Below, piece after piece: positions 42,627 through 51,407 of a stretch of 59,621 nucleotides of DNA. Position 1 is the stretch's first letter. Every line of letters begins with the position of its first letter. Source of the stretch: an uncultured Candidatus Saccharibacteria bacterium (lineage in GTDB: Bacteria > Patescibacteriota > Minisyncoccia > UBA6257 > GWB1-50-10). A program made the translations under genes and the position numbers. The notes under the pieces are model-generated. The model saw only the letters and a list, made by a program, of their open reading frames with translations, was not told where the DNA came from and ran no database searches. Location of the stretch: NCBI GenBank assembly GCA_964357525.1, contig CAYHLH010000001.1, positions 77,719 to 137,339 on the forward strand. Reading direction: 5' to 3'.

Positions 42627-43064
42627 TTAAAAAAGGCGTCTGTCCAGTTCCGCGTTCACCAATGCATCCGCGCGGGAATTCTTCTCGCGTGGGATGTGTG
42701 TGAACGAGACGCCCTTAAACTCGGTCATCAGGTTCCTGACGTCTACATACAGCATCTTGAGGTCCGCTTCCTTCACCTTGTACTCTCCGTTCATCTGGCT
42801 TACCAATAGCTCGCTGTCCGAGCGGATCTCCACTTCCGTTTTCTTCGCCTTCTCTCCCCCGAGAAGCGCCTTCGTTTTCTTCAGCGCAAAGACGACCGCC
42901 TTATACTCCGCGACGTTGTTCGTCGTCTTCCCGATATACTCGGAATATTCCTTGCCTGCCCCGGACCTCACGTCGGGGTCCACCACGACGACGCCTACCG
43001 CGGCGTGCCCTGGATTTCCCCTAGCACCACCATCGGTGTAAATAACTATTTTATTCTTTTCCAT
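42627..43064 (-). CDS. rnhA: ribonuclease HI
   Basis: 145 aa. IYTDGGARGNPG ... NNVAEY ... ADALVN. Confidence 0.85.
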   Translation of the reverse strand: MEKNKIVIYTDGGARGNPGHAAVGVVVVDPDVRSGAGKEYSEYIGKTTNNVAEYKAVVFALKKTKALLGGEKAKKTEVEIRSDSELLVSQMNGEYKVKEADLKMLYVDVRNLMTEFKGVSFTHIPREKNSRADALVNAELDRRLF

Positions 43065-43876
43065 GGGAATTTCTTTCCGCTCTTCAACCTGAAAGAGGCC
43101 GCTCTTTTATGCCCTCCCCCGCCGTATCTCGCGGCGATCTTCGAAACGTCCACCGTTCCGTTCGAACGCAGGGATATGCTCGTCCCGCCCTTTCTCTCCT
43201 TCCACGTAACGGCGATCGGAGACATTTTCCTGAGAAGCTCGTGAGCCACGAGAGAATGGAGTACCGGAGAATATGCCACAAGAGTTTTGTGGCCTGCAAA
43301 CACGGCCGGAAACGCGGTCTTCACGATTTGCCCTATAAGCCTCCTCTCATATGCCTTTATGACCGTACCCTCGCGGACAATTTTTCTTCTCGTCTTCGGG
43401 TTTTCCACGCGCCTGGCAAAATCGCTCCACGCGCGGAAATCGTGTTCAATAAGGTCGAGGCACGCGAAGATTTCCATCGTGTGCGGCATTTTGAATTTCC
43501 ACAGATCGAATTCCTCTATGTATCTCAGGAATAGCGGAATCTTCTTCTTCGGATAAAAATACCGCCATGCCAATACGGAACCGGAGTGGTCGTTATCAAA
43601 CACGTTTTCCGGAAACGCCTGCGTATCCGCCTTCCGGCTCGCGTGGTGGTCTATGACGACCACTTTTTCGTTTTTCGCGCGGAGTTCTTTCTGGACAGCG
43701 AGCGGAAAACTCACGTCGATCGCGTAAATCTCCCTCCCTTTCGGAAACTTCTTCGGGAGCCTTTCCGGTTCTACTGGAACGTACTCTGCGCGGGCGCCGA
43801 ATTTCTTCCATGCCGTCCACGCGGCGCCGAATCCGTCCGAACAATCCTTGTGATAGATAACCAATATTTTCTTCAT
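43046..43876 (-). CDS. DHH-family phosphoesterase (NrnA-like)
   Basis: DCSDGFGAA, VVIDHHASR (DHH) and GGGHKRAA (DHHA1) motifs. Confidence 0.8.
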   Translation of the reverse strand: MKKILVIYHKDCSDGFGAAWTAWKKFGARAEYVPVEPERLPKKFPKGREIYAIDVSFPLAVQKELRAKNEKVVVIDHHASRKADTQAFPENVFDNDHSGSVLAWRYFYPKKKIPLFLRYIEEFDLWKFKMPHTMEIFACLDLIEHDFRAWSDFARRVENPKTRRKIVREGTVIKAYERRLIGQIVKTAFPAVFAGHKTLVAYSPVLHSLVAHELLRKMSPIAVTWKERKGGTSISLRSNGTVDVSKIAARYGGGGHKRAASFRLKSGKKFPWKRIK

Positions 43877-45027
43877 TTCAGCGCCTCCACTCCGGGCAAT
43901 TTCTTCCCCGCGAGAAACTCTATCATCGCTCCACCGCCGGTGGATATGAAGATGTTCTTCCTCTTCCTAGCGAGCGAATCAGGGGTTTCGCCTACGAGCG
44001 CGAGCGAGGCGACGGTCTCTCCGCCTCCCGCGACGGCGAACGCCGACTTGTCCTTCGTCCGCTCGATGATGGCGGACCACATCTTTTTCGTGCCTCCCGC
44101 GAACCGCTTCTCGTGGTAATAGCCCGGCGGGCCGGCGAAGAGAACGGTTTTTGCCCCGAGGACGATGCGCGCGTACTCGTCGGCCGTCACGGGGCCTATG
44201 TCGAGGATCTTTCCCTTGTGCCGCAGGTCGTCGAGCGGCAGGTATACCTTCTCGGACGAAGCGAAGCGCTTCGCCTCCTTAAAAAACTCCTTTTCGTGCG
44301 TCGAACTGCCTATATTCTCCCCCTGCGCTGCGAAGAACGTGTTCGCGACGGCTCCTGAAAGGAGGAATAAGTCGGCTTTCCTCCGGAATATCCTCATAAG
44401 CTCCATTTTCTCCTTCACCTTGGCGCCGCCGGCGAGGATGACGAACGGGCGCCTCGGATTTCTCGTAGCCTTCCCCAGCGACGAAAGTTCCCGCTCCAGA
44501 AGGAGCCCCGCGTACGACGGGAGGAGTTTCGCGACGGCACACACGGACGCGTTCCTTCTGTGGCTTACCGCAAACGCGTCGTTCACATAGATATCCGCGA
44601 GCGACGCGAGCGCGCGGGCGAGATTCGCGTCGTTTTTCTCCTCACCGGGGAAAAAGCGTATGTTCTCGAGGAGAAAGAGTTTTTTCGGCGAGGTCGCGAT
44701 CTCCCACCTCAGGCGGGAGAAATGCGCGTCGAACGATCTCTTTCCGGCTTTGGGATGCGGGAAGAACGCGACGTTCTTATTGAGTTCGCACGCGAACGCC
44801 TCGGCGAACGGCCTAAGCGAAAGGGCGCCGTCCGCCTTTTTCGGTCTTCCCCTATGACTTACGATGACGACCTTCGCGCCGCGCGCGAGGAGGAACTTGA
44901 GCGTCGGAAGCGAGGCGCGGAAGCGGTATATCTCCCGCGGATTTCTCTCGATGACGTTCAGGTCCAGCCGGAGCAGGCATACCTTGCCGTTGATGCTTTT
45001 CCTGCCGAGCGTGCGGAGCGTTTTCAC
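43873..45027 (-). CDS. pgk: phosphoglycerate kinase
   Basis: 384 aa. RLDLNV, VIVSHRGRP, ISTGGGA. GTG start with TATAAT 6 nt upstream. Confidence 0.92.
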   Translation of the reverse strand: MKTLRTLGRKSINGKVCLLRLDLNVIERNPREIYRFRASLPTLKFLLARGAKVVIVSHRGRPKKADGALSLRPFAEAFACELNKNVAFFPHPKAGKRSFDAHFSRLRWEIATSPKKLFLLENIRFFPGEEKNDANLARALASLADIYVNDAFAVSHRRNASVCAVAKLLPSYAGLLLERELSSLGKATRNPRRPFVILAGGAKVKEKMELMRIFRRKADLFLLSGAVANTFFAAQGENIGSSTHEKEFFKEAKRFASSEKVYLPLDDLRHKGKILDIGPVTADEYARIVLGAKTVLFAGPPGYYHEKRFAGGTKKMWSAIIERTKDKSAFAVAGGGETVASLALVGETPDSLARKRKNIFISTGGGAMIEFLAGKKLPGVEALK

Positions 45028-45094
45028 GCATTCATTATACTGTATGCGGCGAAAAATCTCCCATTACTCCGCAATATGGCGAACTTCGTTCTTG

Positions 45095-45159
45095 TTTCGC
45101 CATCATTCGAAAAAAATACAAATGCAGAGCATTTGTATTTTTCTTCTCACTCGGCGAAA
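45095..45159 (-). repeat. diverged F2-type hairpin element at the pcm 3' end
   Basis: Outer stem TTTCGCC/GGCGAAA, GAGTGA (contains the pcm stop), inner stem AAAAATACAAATGC/GCATTTGTATTTTT. Confidence 0.55.
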
Positions 45160-45782
45160 TGGAATCCGAAGAATTTCTTCTCCTCGAAATCGTCGGGGCC
45201 GTTCTTCTGGAGCACAAAGATGCTCTCCCCCTGCGGAGCGACGATCCTGCCGCCGATCGAGAGCATCTCCTTCCACGAGGAAAGCGTTTCAGTAGGGATC
45301 TTTTTGACGCTCGCGATGCGTTCGAACGGCCCTTGGGATCCGGCGAGGCTTTCCTCGGTGAAGAATACGATGCCTCCCGCGGCGCCGAAGGCGCGCGCCC
45401 GTTCTGTCGCTTTCTCCTTCGTTTCTTCAGACGGCTCGAGCGCGAACACGAGCTGTCTCTGAGGCGCGGCGCCCTCCGTTTCGGGGCATACGAGTGCGGC
45501 AATCGTCGCGGCCTCCCACCCCGAGCCTCCGTCGTAAAGAAGCACCCTGTTCCCTTTCCTTAGGTAAAGCTGGTCCAGCATGAACGCAAAAATGTACGGA
45601 TGGGTCATTACCCCTCCCGAGGGAAGGGCCAAAGGGGCGCTCCGGTACGCGTCTAGGGCGAGCGCGTCGGGAACGAACGCCCCGCGGGGAACGGCCTCGA
45701 ATGCCTCCCTCACGTGGAGCGTCCGGAAGCATCCGAGTTCCTCGAGATGTTCCGAGAGCTTGCGCGCCGACATCCCTTTCAT
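45147..45782 (-). CDS. protein-L-isoaspartate O-methyltransferase-family protein
   Basis: 211 aa. AFEAVPRGAFVP ... THPYIFAFMLDQL ... LYDGGSGWEA. Confidence 0.7.
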   Translation of the reverse strand: MKGMSARKLSEHLEELGCFRTLHVREAFEAVPRGAFVPDALALDAYRSAPLALPSGGVMTHPYIFAFMLDQLYLRKGNRVLLYDGGSGWEAATIAALVCPETEGAAPQRQLVFALEPSEETKEKATERARAFGAAGGIVFFTEESLAGSQGPFERIASVKKIPTETLSSWKEMLSIGGRIVAPQGESIFVLQKNGPDDFEEKKFFGFHFAE

Positions 45783-46822
45783 CCCGTCCGGAGCATCTTC
45801 GCGGCGACGTCGGGGTCCACCACGTTGATGAATATCCCCGTTGCATACTCGAAGCCGGCGGGCACGCTCCAGCGGGGAACCACCTCGATGTGCCAGTGGT
45901 AGGACCTGTTCCGCGCCTTGCCGTCCACGGGCGCGGTGTGTATGTAGAAATTGTAGTCCGGATCGCGGAGGTTCATTTCCACCTTTCGGAGGACTTTCTG
46001 GAGGAGGAGCGCGGCGTCAGCAAGCTCGACGTCCAGCGTGTTCTCGAAGAACGGGCGGTGCGCCTTCGGGAAGATCTGTATCTCGAAACTGCTCTTTGAG
46101 ACGAACGGCGCGAACGCGATCGAGTGCTTCGATTCCATGACGACGCGCTTCTTCTGGCTCCTTTCCCATTTGATCATCGCGCAATAAACGCACTTCCGGT
46201 GCTTGCGGAAATATCTCCCGGCTCCCTCGAGCGAGCGCGACACGTCGGGAGGGACTACCGGTATCGCGAGTATCTGATAGTGAGGATGGAACACGGACGC
46301 GCCCGCGCGCTTCCCCCAATTGTGGAATATGGAAACATATTTTATGTCCGGTCTCTCGAAAAACATCAGATAGCGGTCGCGGAACGCCTCGAACACGTGG
46401 AACGCCTCCTCCTTCGAGAGCTTGGGGAAATTGTCGAGATACTCGCGCGTGACGAGGAGATCGTGTTCCCCGACGCCGGGCATCACCGGAAAGAAGTTCT
46501 GGCGCTTCGAGACGCGGCGCGGCCGGGAGGCAACCGCGGGATATTTGTTCTCGAGGACGAGGATGCGCCAATTCCTCGATTTTTTCGGCGCCGCCTCCGC
46601 GGACGGTTTGCCCTTCACATATTCGAGGATGATGTGCTCGTTCACGGTCTTGAAGGGGTCCTTGAATATGTCTTTCGACTTCGGCGGTATCTCGCGCTTG
46701 GGCCGCCACTCCCTGAGCGTGCTCGGACGGAATCGGCCCGGCGAGACCAATATCCACTCGCCCGACACGGGGTCGTAGCGCAATTCCGACTTTGGAAAGA
46801 TGCTATCGCTCTTTTTTCCCAT
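45779..46822 (-). CDS. galT: galactose-1-phosphate uridylyltransferase-like (HIT superfamily)
   Basis: HPHYQI (HxHxQ) active-site motif. Start at MGKKSDS. Confidence 0.8.
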   Translation of the reverse strand: MGKKSDSIFPKSELRYDPVSGEWILVSPGRFRPSTLREWRPKREIPPKSKDIFKDPFKTVNEHIILEYVKGKPSAEAAPKKSRNWRILVLENKYPAVASRPRRVSKRQNFFPVMPGVGEHDLLVTREYLDNFPKLSKEEAFHVFEAFRDRYLMFFERPDIKYVSIFHNWGKRAGASVFHPHYQILAIPVVPPDVSRSLEGAGRYFRKHRKCVYCAMIKWERSQKKRVVMESKHSIAFAPFVSKSSFEIQIFPKAHRPFFENTLDVELADAALLLQKVLRKVEMNLRDPDYNFYIHTAPVDGKARNRSYHWHIEVVPRWSVPAGFEYATGIFINVVDPDVAAKMLRTG

Positions 46823-47540
46823 ATACCCCCGTCCAAAGCCACCAGCGGAGCTTCGCAACCTCGACGAGCGTCGTAATATACGCGCCCATCCCGACCTTGG
46901 AACGTTCGTCGTTCACCCACCGCACCGGGACCTCCTTTATGCGGAATCCGAAATGCCGCGCGAGCGCGAGCGCCTCCACGTCGAACCCCCAGCGCGCGGT
47001 CCTCATCCGGGGAAAGATCTTCTCCGTCGCTCTGGCGGAGAAGCATTTGAACCCGCATTGCGTGTCGCGTATCCCCGGAAGCGCGAGCGCCTGGATGATG
47101 AGATTGCCTATTTTTCCAGGAACCTTCCGGTACCACGGCTGCGGGGGGAGGAGCTCCGCCCCGGGCAGCGCGCGCGAGGCGATGACGACGTCGTACCCCT
47201 TCCCTAGAAACGGCCTGAATTTCTCGAACTCGCGCATCGTCGTCGAATTGTCCGCGTCCGTGAAGAGGCGCCATTCGCCTTTCGCTTCAAGAAGCCCTTG
47301 GCGCGTCACGTATCCCTTTCCGTGGTTTTCCTTGTTTTCTATGACGCAGAGGTTCCTCACGCGGTTTCCGAGCCCACGCGCGACGTCCGCCGTGCCGTCC
47401 TTCGCGCCGTCCACCACGACGACAATCTCATGGGAATATCCGGCGGAAGCGAGCACGGAATCCATATCGAGGAGCGTCGCAGTGATGCGTTGCGACTCGT
47501 TGTACGCCGGGATGACGATGGAGAGAAACGGGTTAGGCAT
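46803..47540 (-). CDS. GT2 polyprenyl-phosphate glycosyltransferase (GtrB/DPM1-like)
   Basis: Start at MPNPFLSIVIPAYNE. DGAKDGT and TDADNS (DxD) motifs. Confidence 0.85.
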   Translation of the reverse strand: MPNPFLSIVIPAYNESQRITATLLDMDSVLASAGYSHEIVVVVDGAKDGTADVARGLGNRVRNLCVIENKENHGKGYVTRQGLLEAKGEWRLFTDADNSTTMREFEKFRPFLGKGYDVVIASRALPGAELLPPQPWYRKVPGKIGNLIIQALALPGIRDTQCGFKCFSARATEKIFPRMRTARWGFDVEALALARHFGFRIKEVPVRWVNDERSKVGMGAYITTLVEVAKLRWWLWTGVYGKKER

Positions 47541-47720
47541 GCCAATCTTATTTGCGAGGTACACGAGCAATCATAAGATTGAGCACCCGCCCAAGTTTTT
47601 GGACCTTTGTTGCGGATTGTATCATTGCGTATGTCTGCATATGTCTAAAAATTTGGGCGGGTAAGGTTCGGTAATCAAAAATCTTTCGCCTCCGGCTCTG
47701 ATTTTTGAACCGAGCCCTTA
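47541..47720 (-). repeat. E1 intercistronic element, copy e (gtrA-like | GT2)
   Basis: Hairpin B 47543-47551/47573-47581; IR arms 47585-47600/47647-47662 (46-nt loop); hairpin A 47662-47720, which lies inside the last 15 codons of the upstream ORF. Ends in TTGGCATG. Confidence 0.8.
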
Positions 47721-48331
47721 AATACGATGTTCTTGTACATGAGGAAGTTGAAGAGGAACGAGGCGGCAACGGCCGTGAGCGCGGCGACATTCACCGCGAG
47801 CCCAGAGGGCAAATTCGCGGCGAGCGTCATCCTCACGACCGAAGCGACCGTGGCGTTCAGGAGCGCGCCGAGTAGCGTGAAAAAGCCGAACCGGAGGTAT
47901 TCCTGCGCGCTCACCGGCAAACCGCTCTGGAACGTCCAGAATTTGTTCCAAAAGTAACTGTTTGTCGTGGCAAACACGAACGAGGTCGCCTTGAAACCGA
48001 AGAACGGGATGCCCGACGAAAAGCCCGTCACGAACGCAAGGACGTTCAGCACTGAAAGGTCTAAGACGGTATTCAGTGTTCCTACGGCCGCGAATTTGCC
48101 GAATTTTTCGAACACCGGAACCCGCTTCGAAAGGAGCTTGAGCACGAGGAGCGCAAGCGGAGCGAAAATGGCGCATCCGAGGACGATTGCGGCGCCGATG
48201 GGAAGTGTCAGGAAAAATCCGTTTTCCGCGCCGATGTTCTTCACGGGGAAAAGGGCGAATATCCCTATGAGGGATCCGATCACCGTGACTATGATGAAAT
48301 CTTTTTTCTGCATGTTTATATCATACCCCAC
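47675..48331 (-). CDS. GtrA-family membrane protein
   Basis: 218 aa, four TM helices. NTVLDLSVLNVL and NSYFWNKFWTF motifs. Confidence 0.75.
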   Translation of the reverse strand: MGYDINMQKKDFIIVTVIGSLIGIFALFPVKNIGAENGFFLTLPIGAAIVLGCAIFAPLALLVLKLLSKRVPVFEKFGKFAAVGTLNTVLDLSVLNVLAFVTGFSSGIPFFGFKATSFVFATTNSYFWNKFWTFQSGLPVSAQEYLRFGFFTLLGALLNATVASVVRMTLAANLPSGLAVNVAALTAVAASFLFNFLMYKNIVFKGSVQKSEPEAKDF

Positions 48332-50675
48332 GCTTCACTCGGGCGTAAATCTCCTCTTCCACGATCTCGCGGGGTCTCCCGTATGCGAGGCGGGAATATT
48401 CCTTCGCGAGTTCCGCGACCTCCCGGTCGGCTTTCGGCGGGAACGGCACGAAAAGGTTGAATGGCTGCGTGATCTTCCCGTTCGCGATGAGTTTCACATG
48501 CGCGTTCAGGTTCTCTATGTTCATGAGATTTTGGCGGGAAAACACCGGTTCGAACTGCTTCTCGAGGAATTCGGCGTCGTCAGCTCCGACGCGGAACGCG
48601 ACGACGGACCCGACGTTCCCGAACACGGCGTCCCGTATTGGCTCCTTGAGCTGGGCGATGAACTGGTGCGCGACCGTGAGGTTCAGGCGGTACTTCCTTG
48701 CCTCCGAGAGGATGGTGGCGATGGAGGGCGTCGTGAAATTCTGGAACTCGTCGATGTAGAGGTAGAAATCCCTGCGCTCCTCCTCGGGCCTCTCGCCGCG
48801 CGCGAAGGCGGCGATGGTGAGCTTCCCGACGATGATCATGCCGAGGAGCGAGGCGTTGAGGTCGCCTATCCTCCCCTTGCTGAGGTTCACCATGAGGATC
48901 TTTCCCTCGTCCATGATCTTCCTGAAATCCAGGGTCGTCTTCGACTGGGCGATGATGGGACGCACGTAGTCGTTCGCGATGAACGTGTTGAACTTGGAGG
49001 AGATGTAGGGCACGAGGTTCTGAAGCGCCGCCTCGCCGCCCGCCTTTTCCGCCTCCTTTTCCCAGAAATCCTTCGCGATGTAGTTCTTGCATTTCGAAAG
49101 GAGCGTGCGGCGGAACTCGTGGTCCGCCAGAACCCTCGGGATCTCGAGGATGGTGAATCCGTCCGCCGGATCGTCCATGAGAAGCAGGAGGGCGTTTCGG
49201 GCGTACTGTTCGAACATCGGGCCGCCAGTGGTCTTTAGGTCATAGAGAGTGTCGAAGATGTTCATCAGCTCGTTCACGATGAACGTCTTCTGTTCGGGTC
49301 TCGAGGCGTCGTATTCGAGCATATTGAGTCCCAGTGGGCGAGAAAGGTCCCCGGGATCGAACACCACGACGTCCTTCACGCGATCCCTCGGCACGCGCCC
49401 GAGGACCTCCTCGAAGAGGTCGCCGTTCGGGTCGATGACGCACACGCCCTCGCCGGAGGCGATGTCCTGCCCCGAGAGATTGTTCAGGAACACCGATTTT
49501 CCGGTGCCCGTCTGCCCGATGAGGTAGAGATGCCTCCGCCGGTCCTCCCGCGTGAGGCGGATATCCGTCCTATCTCCCCTAAACACGTTCTCGCCGAGCT
49601 TTATCCCTTCCTTGGGCAGGTCCGACGACGGAGGGGATTCCCGGAAAGAGAGTTGCTTGACCCTCGGGATCTCGGTGAACGGCGTGGGGAAATGGAACAC
49701 GCTCGCGAGCTCCTCGCTCGTCAGGACCATCGCCTCCCTCGGGGAAAACTCCCTGAACACGAACCTGTAGAAGAATTCGCTCTTGTTCCTCGGCCGCATC
49801 AAGGCGAATTCGTTGCGGTTCGGCGCGCCGAACTGGGAAAACCCCGCCGTCATGCCGTCCAGTATCATCGCTGCGGCCTCTGAGGTCGGCGCGGACGCGA
49901 CGGCGCGGAGATTCACCTCGAAAAGCGGCTTCGCGAGCTTCCCTTCCAGCCCCTTCACCGCGTCATCGTCTATTATCTTCTCCTCGTTCTTCTTCGGCTC
50001 GGTTCCGGTTGTCGCCGCGCGGTACAGGTCCCCCGGAGTGATGCCGGTATTCATCACGTGCTTCAGCTTTCCTCCCTTCTTGAGCGACTGGAGCGCGCCG
50101 AACACCGACTTCTTCGCTTTCTGGTCCGCGGGACGGACGATGAACTGGAATGCGCCCCCTTCCCCGATCGCACTGATCTTCGAAAGCCCCCCGAGTATTG
50201 GCGAGAACGTGTCGGTGCCGATCTCGGCGTACGTCCTCACTGGAAGTATGAACCGTTCCTTCTGGCTTACCCACACGGCGGCCGCGTCGCCCGCGTGATT
50301 GAAGATGTTGTACTCGGGGGAGGCGTCCACCTGCGCATCGTGCCAGATGGACTGGACCGTCCTCACAAACACGTCCGCGAACCGCTCGGGGACCGCTGCA
50401 TAGAAATGTATCTCGTCGCCGACATGAGGCACGGCGATCTCGAGTACGAACGGCCGCTTGATCGCCAAGAGCGCGCCAAAAAGCTGTTCCGAGAGGCTGA
50501 TCTCGGTTTTGAGTTCCTTGCCCTCGCGCGGCAGATTGCGCGGCATCCTGACGAGGAAAAGTTTCAACTGCAGTAGCTCCCTAAGATATTTTCTCCGCGC
50601 GCGGCGGAACAGGAAGAATATGATGGCGCCGTTTCCGAGGATCAGGAACGCGAGGAAAAGGAATAGAAATTGCAT
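48321..50675 (-). CDS. membrane-anchored VirD4/TraD-like (T4SS coupling-protein-type) P-loop ATPase
   Basis: Walker A LIGQTGTGKS and Walker B LYIDEFQNF, with an N-terminal TM. Start at MQFLFLF; an alternative GTG lies at 50705. Confidence 0.65.
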   Translation of the reverse strand: MQFLFLFLAFLILGNGAIIFFLFRRARRKYLRELLQLKLFLVRMPRNLPREGKELKTEISLSEQLFGALLAIKRPFVLEIAVPHVGDEIHFYAAVPERFADVFVRTVQSIWHDAQVDASPEYNIFNHAGDAAAVWVSQKERFILPVRTYAEIGTDTFSPILGGLSKISAIGEGGAFQFIVRPADQKAKKSVFGALQSLKKGGKLKHVMNTGITPGDLYRAATTGTEPKKNEEKIIDDDAVKGLEGKLAKPLFEVNLRAVASAPTSEAAAMILDGMTAGFSQFGAPNRNEFALMRPRNKSEFFYRFVFREFSPREAMVLTSEELASVFHFPTPFTEIPRVKQLSFRESPPSSDLPKEGIKLGENVFRGDRTDIRLTREDRRRHLYLIGQTGTGKSVFLNNLSGQDIASGEGVCVIDPNGDLFEEVLGRVPRDRVKDVVVFDPGDLSRPLGLNMLEYDASRPEQKTFIVNELMNIFDTLYDLKTTGGPMFEQYARNALLLLMDDPADGFTILEIPRVLADHEFRRTLLSKCKNYIAKDFWEKEAEKAGGEAALQNLVPYISSKFNTFIANDYVRPIIAQSKTTLDFRKIMDEGKILMVNLSKGRIGDLNASLLGMIIVGKLTIAAFARGERPEEERRDFYLYIDEFQNFTTPSIATILSEARKYRLNLTVAHQFIAQLKEPIRDAVFGNVGSVVAFRVGADDAEFLEKQFEPVFSRQNLMNIENLNAHVKLIANGKITQPFNLFVPFPPKADREVAELAKEYSRLAYGRPREIVEEEIYARVKRGV

Positions 50676-50809
50676 GCCCCGTATATCAACTTCGGCGGGT
50701 TCCACCGCGACCTGTGATTGTATTTTGAAATGCCTCCATGTTTCCTTTTGTTGATTTCAACACCTGACCCTTTCCGCTGAGGAGCGAGCCGAAGTTGTAT
50801 TACGGGGCA
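50675..50809 (-). repeat. 22-nt inverted repeat bracketing the intergenic region
   Basis: TGCCCCGTAATACAACTTCGGC ... 91 nt ... GCCGAAGTTGATATACGGGGCA, whose last A is the A of the ATG at 50675. Confidence 0.7.
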
Positions 50810-50814
50810 TTGCC

Positions 50815-51279
50815 TCACTTCAAGATCCCCCGCCGCTTGAGCTCGGGGATGAGTTGTTCCGTCAAGGCATCGTGGAACGCGTCCTCAATGAAGGGGTCGC
50901 ACCGCTTCGCGGCGCGTATGGCATCCTCGAGGCCTTTGTCGAACGCTTGCGCGACGAGTTCCTCCACGGCCTGCCGCTCCGCGGCATGCTCGCCGTCTCC
51001 GCCTTCGGCGGAGAGGTATCCGGGAAGCGTCGAAACGGCGCTTCCTTTCTGCGCTGGCACCGGTTGAGGCGCGGGGGCTGTCGGCGGCGCGGGGGACGCG
51101 GTCTCCCGTTGCTCGGGAAGCCGTTCGGCCATGGAACGAAGGGTTTCCTTCACGATCGTCTCATGCGGGGCGTCTTTCATCTCCGGTCTCGAAGACAGCG
51201 CTTCCACTTGCTTGCCTACCTCGGCAAACACCCGTTCCGCCGACGGTCCAGAGGCGTCGAAGTGCACCACTTTCACCAT
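50815..51279 (-). CDS. hypothetical protein
   Basis: 154-aa ORF with a P/A-rich middle. TATAAT lies 8 nt upstream of the ATG. Confidence 0.5.
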   Translation of the reverse strand: MVKVVHFDASGPSAERVFAEVGKQVEALSSRPEMKDAPHETIVKETLRSMAERLPEQRETASPAPPTAPAPQPVPAQKGSAVSTLPGYLSAEGGDGEHAAERQAVEELVAQAFDKGLEDAIRAAKRCDPFIEDAFHDALTEQLIPELKRRGILK

Positions 51280-51292
51280 ATGCCTTTATTAT

Positions 51293-51351
51293 AGCTGATA
51301 ATGAGGAGGAAGTTAAAATGAAAAGATTTTAATTTCCTCCGATGATCAGCT
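51293..51351. repeat. 59-nt imperfect palindrome in a divergent promoter region
   Basis: agctgataatgaggaggaagttaaaat-gaaaag-attttaatttcctccgatgatcagct. Confidence 0.7.
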
Positions 51352-51407
51352 ACGACGGCGCCAACCGTCATAGCCGATATTGATATATAATATAAGTGCA
51401 CAAAAAT

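Noticed and set aside
47541-47551. ATTGG just before the E1-associated start codons might pair with the 16S tail CCAAU as a replacement SD.
   Set aside because: It is only 4-5 nt, is absent from copy a (ATCGG), and is part of the helix B 3' strand. It lies 1 nt from the AUG, far closer than any functional SD spacing.
29266-47720. E1 copies as a CRISPR array or a classical MITE.
   Set aside because: The copies are kilobases apart with genes between them, so there is no repeat-spacer periodicity and no cas genes. No target-site duplications flank the arms, and the interior is variable rather than conserved, unlike MITEs. No transposase is in view. Mobility is not fully excluded.
51303-51332. 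AGGAGG-8 nt-ATG AAA AGA TTT TAA mini-ORF on the plus strand.
   Set aside because: It is a four-codon ORF lying wholly within the 59-nt palindrome. The GGAGG is simply one arm (pairing with CCTCC), and the organism appears not to use SD sites.
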